From: an uncultured Gemmatimonadales bacterium
GTDB lineage: Bacteria; Gemmatimonadota; Gemmatimonadetes; Gemmatimonadales; Gemmatimonadaceae
Reading direction: 5' to 3'
Assembly: GCA_963707505.1 (NCBI GenBank)
Contig: CAVPQB010000003.1
Span: forward strand, 128,001 to 192,000
DNA: 64,000 bases
Shown: positions 46,302-54,242 of the stretch, piece by piece
Layout of the letters: each line of letters begins with the position of its first letter
Position numbering within the stretch: position 1 is the stretch's first letter
The notes under the pieces: model-generated
Told to the model about the DNA's origin: nothing
Databases searched by the model: none
What the model saw: only the letters and a program-made list of their open reading frames with translations
Program-made: the position numbers and the translations under genes

Positions 46302-46907
46302 TTAACGCACGCCGAGCACGGCGAGGCCGTCGCGTACCGCGTTGGTGTCGGTTGCGTGAATGCAGTGTACGCCGCGGTCGCGGACCGGCGCAAGATTCTC
46401 CTCGCGATCGTCGATGAACACCGTGCGCTCCGGATCCGCGTGAGCTATTGCGAAGGTCCGGTCATAGAAGCTCGCATGGGGCTTCTGCGCTCCGACGTAG
46501 GCAGACGTCAGGAATGCATCGAAGATCGGGAGCAGGCCGAACAGCTTCACTCGAAACTCATTCAATTCCGCTGACTCGTTGTTCAGAGTCATCATGCGCC
46601 AGCGCTGCTTGGATGCAATGGCCGTCATCAGATCGAGCGCGGCGCGATTCGGAATACTCTGCGCGTACATGAAGTCTCTGAACTGCTCGCGCGTGAATGC
46701 GCGATTCTCGTTGAACACAGCGAAGTCGAGATATTCGTCGAGCGTCATTCGACCGCACTCCAGCGTGTCGACGGCCTCCTCGTGTCGTCGCTCGAACGGC
46801 TGGAATTCCAGGCCGAAGTGCCTCGCGGCGAGCGCGCGCTCGTTGTGATCCCATCCATTGGATCCGAGCACGCCGCCAACATCGCACAGGATGAGCTCGA
46901 TCGCCAT
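46302..46907 (-). CDS. HAD-family phosphatase
   Basis: CDVGGVL, QKP and FIDDREEN motifs. Confidence 0.85.
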   Translation of the reverse strand: MAIELILCDVGGVLGSNGWDHNERALAARHFGLEFQPFERRHEEAVDTLECGRMTLDEYLDFAVFNENRAFTREQFRDFMYAQSIPNRAALDLMTAIASKQRWRMMTLNNESAELNEFRVKLFGLLPIFDAFLTSAYVGAQKPHASFYDRTFAIAHADPERTVFIDDREENLAPVRDRGVHCIHATDTNAVRDGLAVLGVR

Positions 46908-46908
46908 G

Positions 46909-47544
46909 TCACTCACTCGTGAGCACCGCGCGGGCCGGCGCGCCGTCACAGCCGACGAGCCTGATCGGCAGACAGTAGAAGTTGTACCGTCCTGCAGGAA
47001 CGTCGTTGAGGTTGAGTCCTTCGACTATCACGACGTGGGCGCCGAGCAGGGTGAGATGCGTGCGATGGTGACCCGAGTGGAATTGCTCGATCGAGAGATA
47101 GTCGATGCCGACGAGCTTCACGCCGAGTCCCACGAGATACTCTGCGCCATCCGGAGCAAGATAGGTGTAGTCGTTGTGGAACGCGGGATCCTGGGTGAGA
47201 TAGGCCGAATTTCGTGTCTTGAGGAGCACACGCTCCGTACCGGCGAGATCGTGCGCGGCGAGATCGGAACGCGTGACCGAGGTAGTCTCGGGGCCGTATT
47301 CCAGTACGATCGCGGGCCCCATCAAAGTTTCGAGCGGAATCTGGTCGACGCCTTTCCCGTCATTGAAAAAATGGCGCTCCGCGTCCACATGCGTGCCCGT
47401 ATGCGACCCGAACGATACGTTCGATACGTTGGCTCCAGCACCCAGCGCGATGGATTGCTGGAGTGAGATGTGGATCTCCGGATTTCCGGGATAGACCAAT
47501 CCCCCATCCCGAATCGGGACGCTCACGTCGTAGATTTTCGTCAT
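46909..47544 (-). CDS. Cyclase-family (KynB-like) metallohydrolase
   Basis: HTGTHVDA..HF, VGIDYLS, IVEGL and DGAPARAV motifs. Confidence 0.88.
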   Translation of the reverse strand: MTKIYDVSVPIRDGGLVYPGNPEIHISLQQSIALGAGANVSNVSFGSHTGTHVDAERHFFNDGKGVDQIPLETLMGPAIVLEYGPETTSVTRSDLAAHDLAGTERVLLKTRNSAYLTQDPAFHNDYTYLAPDGAEYLVGLGVKLVGIDYLSIEQFHSGHHRTHLTLLGAHVVIVEGLNLNDVPAGRYNFYCLPIRLVGCDGAPARAVLTSE

Positions 47545-47598
47545 ACCTCCGTGCTAGCAACTGTCGTTCCGTGAATGGTCGTGCCGAGACTTGAGAAC

Positions 47599-48303
47599 AT
47601 GCGCCTATCGATGCCACAAATCGCCGTCGCCGTCTGCCTCATCGCCGGGATTCTGCCCGGTACCGCACAGGCTCAGCGCCGGGACCTCCGCGAAGAGCCC
47701 AGACCGACGATTTCCCGGTCGTCCAACGGAATATGGCTCCTCGATCTGCCACCCGCGATGGAGGACGCGTTGGACCGCTACAACCGCGACTTCGAGCCCT
47801 GGACGCAGCAGGATTATCGTGGCCTGCCGGACTACGAGCCCTCGCCGCGACAGGTGCCCTGGGCGGTGATCGGTGACTTCAACGGCGACGGGCGGCCCGA
47901 TCTCGCGATAGCGGGGCGAACCGACCGGGATGTCGTTGTGGTCTTCGTTCTGTCGTCGGGCCGGAGCAAGTATCGCGCGTTCGACGCCGATCGTGAGCCG
48001 TACGACCCGGACGACCGGCTGTCCATCAGGCCGCCGCAGCTCACATATATGTATCCTGGGCGATATGTGGTCGCGGACCCGCGGCTGAACTATCCCCGCC
48101 AGCTGGTCGTGAGTCAGCCTGCGGTGCAGATCACGGGCGGCCGGCGGCAGGGTGCCGTGATCTACGTGGTCGAGAACAACGCGGTTGTGCCGTACTATCT
48201 CTCGGATCGAACCGCTGCGCCGCCAGCAGTCGGCGGCCGTCCGGGCGCGCGGCCGCAGGCGCCCCCAACGCGGCCTACGACGGGAAGCTCGGAGAACCCG
48301 TAG
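47599..48303 (+). CDS. Secreted protein with a single FG-GAP/VCBS-like motif
   Basis: Signal peptide (AQA/Q), GDFNGDGRPDLAI and a Pro-rich tail. Confidence 0.7.
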   Translation: MRLSMPQIAVAVCLIAGILPGTAQAQRRDLREEPRPTISRSSNGIWLLDLPPAMEDALDRYNRDFEPWTQQDYRGLPDYEPSPRQVPWAVIGDFNGDGRPDLAIAGRTDRDVVVVFVLSSGRSKYRAFDADREPYDPDDRLSIRPPQLTYMYPGRYVVADPRLNYPRQLVVSQPAVQITGGRRQGAVIYVVENNAVVPYYLSDRTAAPPAVGGRPGARPQAPPTRPTTGSSENP

Positions 48304-48691
48304 CGCTCAGTATGAAGCGCGGAATATCGGCGGTGAACGTCTCGCCCTCGTCATCGCCGGTCGCGCGCACGAAGAAGTACTGTCCTTCCATGTAGCCCTC
48401 GCCGCTCTTCAGTACGCAAAAGCTCTGGTACTCGTGCACTCGTCCCGGTGCAATCAGCGGCTGCTCTCCCACCACGCCGTCGCCAACGACTTCGGTGTCT
48501 TCACCGATCTCGTCGTGAATCAGCCAGCGGCGCGACAGCAACTGCGCCGGCCTGTCGCCAACGTTTTCGACACGCACGAAATACGCGAAGACGTAATGCT
48601 GCGCCGCCGGATCTGACTGGTCGCGCAGGTAAACGGGGCGAACTGTTATGCGAATGCCACTGGACATCCGGTAGAAGAACGGGGTGGTCAC
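48275..48691 (-). CDS. apaG: ApaG protein
   Basis: YVFAY, QLLSRRWLI and GDGVVGEQP motifs. Confidence 0.93.
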   Translation of the reverse strand: MTTPFFYRMSSGIRITVRPVYLRDQSDPAAQHYVFAYFVRVENVGDRPAQLLSRRWLIHDEIGEDTEVVGDGVVGEQPLIAPGRVHEYQSFCVLKSGEGYMEGQYFFVRATGDDEGETFTADIPRFILSATGSPSFPS

Positions 48692-48739
48692 TCTGGCATT
48701 CCTACAGTGAATCGGGTGAAAAAATTCGTTGCGTGAGCG

Positions 48740-48765
48740 GTCCCCGCCTTCGCGGGGACGATGAC
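48740..48765. repeat. REP-like palindrome
   Basis: Minus strand GTCATCGTCCCCGC-GAAG-GCGGGGAC, similar to the 29347 element. Confidence 0.65.
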
Positions 48766-48772
48766 AATATTA

Positions 48773-50836
48773 CTACCAGATCGATACGGACTGTGCAGCG
48801 GGCCGCGCCATTGGAGCGCCAGTCTTGCAGCCCCACGCCGCGGCGAATGCCGGCATGTTCGAGAGCGGTGCATTCACGCGCCATTCCGCTGGACTGTGCG
48901 GGTCCGTAGCGATGCGGAGACGAGCTTCTTCCGGCCTGGTATTCGACCGCCATATCTGTGCCCACGCAAGGAAGAATCTCTGTTCAGGTGTAAAGCCGTC
49001 GATCTTCGTACGCGGCTTGTTGCCCAGCGCTTTCTCCATTGCAGTGTACGCTACTGTGAGGCCGCCGAGATCGCCGATGTTCTCGCCATTCGTGAGCTTG
49101 CCGTTCACGTGGAGTGAATCGAGAATCGTGTAGGTGTCGAACTGATCGGCGTACGCTGCGGTTTTCGCCTTGAAGCTCGCGAGATCGGCTTTGGTGAACC
49201 ATGTCTTCAGATTGCCCTGTGCGTCGAACTGCGCACCCTGGTCATCGAATCCGTGGCTCATCTCGTGGCCGATTACGGCGCCCATTCCGCCGTAATTCAC
49301 CGCGTCGTCGGCATTTGGGTCGAAGAACGGCGGCTGCATGATGCCGGCTGGAAACACGATTTCGTTCATCAACGGGTTGTAATACGCGTTGACGGTCGGC
49401 GGACTCATCCCCCAACGGGTGCGATCGACAGGCTTGTTGATGCGCGCGATGTCGTCCGCGTTGTTGAATGCGGCCACGGCGAGGCTGTTGTCGTAGTACG
49501 ACGCACCCGGTTTGATATCCATCGCCGAGTAGTCCTTCCATTTGTCCGGGTAGCCGATCTTCTGCGTGAATGCGTCGAGCTTGGCGTACGCCATCCTGCG
49601 TGTGGAATCGCTCATCCATGGACGACTCGCAAGCCGCTCCCTGAACGTCGCCTTGATGTTGTTCACCATCGCCGTGGCGCGAGCCTTGGCTTCCGGCGTG
49701 AAGTAACGCTGCACGTAAGCCTTGCCGAGCGCCTCGCCCAGCGCGCGATCGGTTGCCGAGATGCAACGCTTGTAACGCGGCAATTGTTCCTTTGCACCCG
49801 ACAGGTTCTGGCTGAACGCAAACGCCTCGTTGACGAACGGCGAGCTGAGCGTGTTCGCCGAGCGACTGACGAGATTCCACTTGAAGTACGTCTTCCAATC
49901 GCTTACCGGGACAGTCTTCAAGAGCGAGTCGACAGTCACGAGGAACCTGGGATTGGATACGTCGATCGCGGTAACGTTGCTGGCCTTCTCTGCCGCAAAG
50001 AGCGCGTTCCAGTCGAAATCAGGCGTCAGCGCCTGCAACTCGGCTGGCGTCTTGCGATTGTAGGTGATGTTCGGGTCGCGCATCTGCACTCGCGTGAGAT
50101 GCGACGCAGCGATCGCAGTCTCGAGTGCAAGCACGCGCTGCGCATCGCTCGCGGCCTTGTCGGGCGCCTCGCCCACCAGCGCGAGATCGTTCGCGACGTG
50201 CTTGACGTAAGCGTCACGTAGCGCGACGGTATGCGCATCGGTCTTGAAATAGTAGTCGCGATCCGGCAGCCCGATGCCGCCCTGGCCGATCCCGCCAATC
50301 ACCTCGCTGCTGTTTTTCGCGTCCTGCGTCGATCCGAATCGGAATACGACTCCGCGACCGGCCGCAGCCTGGGCGATGATGTATTTCTTCACATCCGCGG
50401 GCGTGGTCAATGCATCGATCTCGTCGAGCGACGCCTTGATCGGCGTGTAGCCTGCCTTCTCGATCGCAGCCGAGTCCATACACGCTGCGTAGAAGTCGCC
50501 GACCTTGCGAACGGCGGGGTCCGGGGCTGTCGTGCGACTTGCCGCAGCGTCGTCGAGCACGTGTCGCAAGTTCTCATTGTTCTTGTCGGCGAGCTCGTTG
50601 AACGCACCCCACTGCGAATACGCAGCGGGAATCGGATTCGCCTTCATCCAGCCGCCATTGGCGAACTGATAGAAGTTGGTGCACGGCGCGCAGGTGGTAT
50701 CGAGGTTTATCGGATCGAGCGGCTTGGTCTGTCGATAGGTCTCCTGGGCGCCAGCGGTCGCGCCAGCGGTCGCGCCTGCGGTGCTGGCAATGAAGACGGC
50801 GATCAGTGCGATGCGGATTCGTTGCATGGCTGGCAT
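48773..50836 (-). CDS. M13-family (neprilysin/PepO-like) secreted metallopeptidase
   Basis: Signal peptide, VNAYY, FPAGIMQPPF, HEMSH, GENIGD and DPHSP motifs. Confidence 0.95.
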   Translation of the reverse strand: MPAMQRIRIALIAVFIASTAGATAGATAGAQETYRQTKPLDPINLDTTCAPCTNFYQFANGGWMKANPIPAAYSQWGAFNELADKNNENLRHVLDDAAASRTTAPDPAVRKVGDFYAACMDSAAIEKAGYTPIKASLDEIDALTTPADVKKYIIAQAAAGRGVVFRFGSTQDAKNSSEVIGGIGQGGIGLPDRDYYFKTDAHTVALRDAYVKHVANDLALVGEAPDKAASDAQRVLALETAIAASHLTRVQMRDPNITYNRKTPAELQALTPDFDWNALFAAEKASNVTAIDVSNPRFLVTVDSLLKTVPVSDWKTYFKWNLVSRSANTLSSPFVNEAFAFSQNLSGAKEQLPRYKRCISATDRALGEALGKAYVQRYFTPEAKARATAMVNNIKATFRERLASRPWMSDSTRRMAYAKLDAFTQKIGYPDKWKDYSAMDIKPGASYYDNSLAVAAFNNADDIARINKPVDRTRWGMSPPTVNAYYNPLMNEIVFPAGIMQPPFFDPNADDAVNYGGMGAVIGHEMSHGFDDQGAQFDAQGNLKTWFTKADLASFKAKTAAYADQFDTYTILDSLHVNGKLTNGENIGDLGGLTVAYTAMEKALGNKPRTKIDGFTPEQRFFLAWAQIWRSNTRPEEARLRIATDPHSPAEWRVNAPLSNMPAFAAAWGCKTGAPMARPAAQSVSIW
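50748..50783. repeat. In-frame 12-bp repeat x3 (TAGA) in the peptidase signal region
   Basis: GCGCCAGCGGTC, GCGCCAGCGGTC, GCGCCTGCGGTG. Confidence 0.75.
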
Positions 50837-50864
50837 GGCTCGGTGTTGGTGGATTGTGACTGTG

Positions 50865-51440
50865 CTACCGCTTGGCGGTCCGCTTTCCTTTCGCTTTCTT
50901 GCTGCGGCGTACCGGCTTGGACTTCAGGATGCTGCCTCTGCAATTCGGCGCGCCGCAGAGACACTTGTAGAACTTCTCGAGCTCGTCGTCGTTCTCGCCA
51001 GTGCGCTCGTACTGGTAGTCGTATGCGAGCTCCTCGCCAGGTTGTATCGTACGCACTGCCTCTATGAAGATTCGACCATCTTCAATCACCGCTTCGCAGT
51101 TGGGATCGCACGAGTGGTTGATGTAGATCGATTCGTTCCCATTCACTGCGCCGTCCACGACCTTCCTCGGCGTGAGCGTGAACAGGAAGGTGTGATGGCG
51201 CTTCATGCCGGTCTCGTCGTAGCGACTGTCGGCTTCGTCATTCGAGATGCGCTCGCCGGCGTATTCGATTATGCGCTGACCCTTCCGAATCCTGGTATGG
51301 GCGAATGCGCCCCTCCCCTGAATCCCCGACTGGCGCACGTCGAAGTAACGGGAATGCATGTTCGCAATCTTCGCCGTCGGATTGCGTACCACTTCTGCGG
51401 CTGGCTTGCGCGCTACCGTCTTCTTCTTACGGGCTGGCAT
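50865..51440 (-). CDS. SET-domain lysine methyltransferase with post-SET motif
   Basis: SGIQGRGAFA, INHSCDPNC, GEELAYDY and CLCGAPNCRG motifs. ATG overlaps the fahA stop. Confidence 0.92.
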   Translation of the reverse strand: MPARKKKTVARKPAAEVVRNPTAKIANMHSRYFDVRQSGIQGRGAFAHTRIRKGQRIIEYAGERISNDEADSRYDETGMKRHHTFLFTLTPRKVVDGAVNGNESIYINHSCDPNCEAVIEDGRIFIEAVRTIQPGEELAYDYQYERTGENDDELEKFYKCLCGAPNCRGSILKSKPVRRSKKAKGKRTAKR

Positions 51441-52762
51441 CAGCTTTCTTCCGCCACGATCATCGCTCGGCATTCCCCGAAACCGATACGGACGCTTCCT
51501 TCACGCTCGCAATATCCACGCATTATCACTTCGTCTCCATCTTCGAGAAATTGTCTTTGCTCGCCGGTGGGCAGAGCAATGGGCTCTGCGCCGCGGCGCG
51601 TGATTTCGAGCAGGCATCCGCGCTCGTCCTTCCCCTGACCCGACACCGTTCCGCTCGCGATGAGATCGCCGGGCCGGAGGTCGCAGCCATTACTGGTGTG
51701 ATGCGCGACCATCTGCGCCATGGTCCAGTACATATCCCTGAATGTACCATGGCTCAGGCGTACCGGCGCGATGTCAGCGTCGCGCATCTGCTGACTGGAG
51801 AGATACACTTCGAGCTGGATGTCGTAGCCCCCTTCCGCCTGATCGGTCTCGTCGTTCAGGTAATCCAGCGGCGCGGGATCGCCGGCCGGCCGTGCGAACG
51901 CCGGCACCCTGAACGGCTCCATCGCCTCGCGCGTCACGATGAATGGAGAGATGTTCGTCGCGAAGCTCTTGGAGAGGAAGGGGCCGAGTGGCTGATATTC
52001 CCACGACTGGATATCGCGTGCGGACCAATCGTTCACCAGACAGAACCCGAACAGAGTCTCTGACGCATCGGAGATCGGAATCCGATCGCCGAGTGCGTTG
52101 CCACGCGCGATGAATGCGCCGACCTCGAGCTCGTAGTCCAACTGACGGCAAGGACCGAACGTCGGCACAGCCTCGTTGGCGGGTTTGGTCTGTCCGTGTG
52201 GACGAACCACGGTTTCCTTGAGCGAAACCGAAGATGCGCGGCCGTGGTAGCCAATCGGCACCCACTTGTAGTTCGGCAACAACGGGTTGTCGGGGCGGAA
52301 CATGCTCCCGACGTTCGTGGCGTGGTAGATCGACGCGTAGAAGTCGGTGTAGTTGCCGATGCGTGTCGGCATGTAGATGATCGCGCCATCCATCGGATGG
52401 AGCAGATTCCGAGGGAGGCGTATGCCGCGATGGGTGTGCCCGTTGCCGCTCAGCAGTGCACTCACTTCCGCACGTAGCGCGGAGAGGTGGTCGTCATCGA
52501 CGGTCATCAGCTCGTTGAGCGTGGACTGCGCCGCGACGTACACTGCATCCGCAGCGCGTCCCGTGAACAGACTCTCGTCGGCGCAGACGGCGAGGTCGAG
52601 TATCTGATCACCGATCGCTATACCGCCGCGCGGAACCGCTTCTGCGTCGAACTCGCTGAACACGCAGAACGGGAGGTTCTGGATCGGGAAATCGCAGCCC
52701 GGCACGTTGGCGGACTCGACCCAACATGGCAGCGACGGATCGTGTGTGAGGTTTGTTGGCAT
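51440..52762 (-). CDS. fahA: Fumarylacetoacetase
   Basis: DFPIQNLP, DFYASIYHA, YHGRASS, DYELE, NDWSARDIQ and GPFLSKSF motifs. Confidence 0.95.
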   Translation of the reverse strand: MPTNLTHDPSLPCWVESANVPGCDFPIQNLPFCVFSEFDAEAVPRGGIAIGDQILDLAVCADESLFTGRAADAVYVAAQSTLNELMTVDDDHLSALRAEVSALLSGNGHTHRGIRLPRNLLHPMDGAIIYMPTRIGNYTDFYASIYHATNVGSMFRPDNPLLPNYKWVPIGYHGRASSVSLKETVVRPHGQTKPANEAVPTFGPCRQLDYELEVGAFIARGNALGDRIPISDASETLFGFCLVNDWSARDIQSWEYQPLGPFLSKSFATNISPFIVTREAMEPFRVPAFARPAGDPAPLDYLNDETDQAEGGYDIQLEVYLSSQQMRDADIAPVRLSHGTFRDMYWTMAQMVAHHTSNGCDLRPGDLIASGTVSGQGKDERGCLLEITRRGAEPIALPTGEQRQFLEDGDEVIMRGYCEREGSVRIGFGECRAMIVAEES

Positions 52763-53668
52763 TCAGGAGATTGAGAGGGCTCGGAGATCGTCTACCGGCT
52801 CGCGGAAGGAGCAGGAGCCGAACGAGATGATGAATCTCTGTCGCGCGTCGCGAATTACTGCGGTGGCGACGGAGTGGTTGTCGAACGCGACAGCAGCATC
52901 GGAGAAGTGAAAATCGTGTGGTGACTGCGACAGCAGCGCCGAAAGAACAACGCTCTCGTCGGCTCCATCCCACGCGAGTACCGCTGCTGTGAACATGTTG
53001 AGATAGCCGAACATCGTTCCGCGCGGCGCGTCGGCAGCGTAGGTGAGCGCATACTCCGCGCGCACCGGATGATGCAAGCCAGCCGTCAGCTTGAACGCAA
53101 CGCGCGCGTCTCGGCAGCGGACCATGAACCGCACAACGTCTTTCGCATCCGGAAACGCAGTTTCCGTAACTCCTCCGGTGCGAGCTTTCGCAAAGCCGCT
53201 GCCTCGCTTGATCGCGTCCACCAACTCAAGGGGATCATCGCCGATCGGGATCTCGAAATAGGGCGCGAATTGCCGGGGCATGATGCTGCATGCTGCCGCG
53301 ATCTCGGGCGCTGTCGACGCCTTGATCTCCAGTGCGTCGATCACTGCATGTCCGATTTCCGATTCGTTCCAGTGACGGCAGTTGAACTTGAGTGCGAGAT
53401 CGACGTCGGCGCTGAGATCGGGACCTGGCAGCGCGCTCAGCCGCCATGGCTCACTCGTTGCGCCGCGCGGCAACAGCGGTGACGCAGCGTCGTCGAATTC
53501 ACGGAGCCGCATCACGGGTACGACAAAGCGACCGAGCATCCTGCTGGCAGGGTCGCCGAGGTACCGGGCATAGGACAGCGTCGCCGCGGCCATGTCGAGC
53601 GCCGCGGGCGGAAACAGGCCGGCGTAATCCACCGCACCTGCCAGCAGAACTTCAAGGGCTTGCTTCAT
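52763..53668 (-). CDS. Conserved hypothetical protein
   Basis: VDYAGLFPPA, AKARTGG, FKLTAGLHHPVR and SFGSCSF motifs; abuts fahA. Likely start at ATG 53668. Confidence 0.75.
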   Translation of the reverse strand: MKQALEVLLAGAVDYAGLFPPAALDMAAATLSYARYLGDPASRMLGRFVVPVMRLREFDDAASPLLPRGATSEPWRLSALPGPDLSADVDLALKFNCRHWNESEIGHAVIDALEIKASTAPEIAAACSIMPRQFAPYFEIPIGDDPLELVDAIKRGSGFAKARTGGVTETAFPDAKDVVRFMVRCRDARVAFKLTAGLHHPVRAEYALTYAADAPRGTMFGYLNMFTAAVLAWDGADESVVLSALLSQSPHDFHFSDAAVAFDNHSVATAVIRDARQRFIISFGSCSFREPVDDLRALSIS

Positions 53669-53753
53669 TCGCTGAGGGCGAAATCTATTGGATGGGACGG
53701 TCCCGGTCACGCCGGACGAGCGTCGATACCATAGTGAAAGTGGCCTGATTGCG

Positions 53754-53781
53754 TTGACAGGATGCCGCACCTGACTAGATT
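53754..53781 (+). promoter_or_regulatory. Sigma70 promoter of the tRNA pair
   Basis: TTGACA-N16-TAGATT ending 11 nt before tRNA-fMet. Confidence 0.75.
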
Positions 53782-53792
53782 AGAAACTCTGA

Positions 53793-53866
<74 letters not shown>

Positions 53867-53878
53867 TATGTGGAATTT

Positions 53879-53907
53879 CGACGGCCGGCCCCTCGGGCCG
53901 GCCGTCG
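53879..53907 (+). other. GC-rich hairpin between the two tRNAs
   Basis: CGACGGCCGGCCC-CTC-GGGCCGGCCGTCG; weak U tail. Confidence 0.6.
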
Positions 53908-53938
53908 TTACGTTGTACGGGAGAAGTATGGAGTGTAC

Positions 53939-54012
53939 GGCAGGGTAGCTCAGCTGGTGAGAGCGCACGACTCATAATCGTGAGGTCGCGGGTTCGATCC
54001 CCGCCCCTGCTA
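53939..54012 (+). tRNA. tRNA(CAT), probably elongator tRNA-Met (Ile2 not excluded)
   Basis: GGCAGGGTAGCTCAGCTGGTGAGAGCGCACGACT-CAT-AATCGTGAGGTCGCGGGTTCGATCCCCGCCCCTGCTA. Confidence 0.93.
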
Positions 54013-54024
54013 CTGCATCATAAA

Positions 54025-54062
54025 AACAAACCCGCCCGCGCTCACACGCTGGCGGGTTTGTT
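54025..54062 (+). terminator. Intrinsic terminator after the tRNAs
   Basis: AACAAACCCGCC...GGCGGGTTTGTT inverted repeat. Confidence 0.7.
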
Positions 54063-54136
54063 CATGTGCGGGTCCGGCGTACCCAATTGAAGGATCGATC
54101 GGCCGCAAGGCGATCACGGGCATCCGCACGGCGTTC

Positions 54137-54172
54137 GCTGAGCGGTAGCTGAGTGGTAGCTGAGTGGTAGCT
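54137..54172. repeat. 11-bp direct repeat GCTGAG(C/T)GGTA x3
   Basis: Directly visible in the intergenic region between tRNA-Met and the kinase. Confidence 0.85.
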
Positions 54173-54242
54173 CTGGCTCCTCCGGCGCCCTACCCCTACC
54201 TTACAGAATAGAATCGGCAATTCGTTCTCCCGGAGAGGACTA

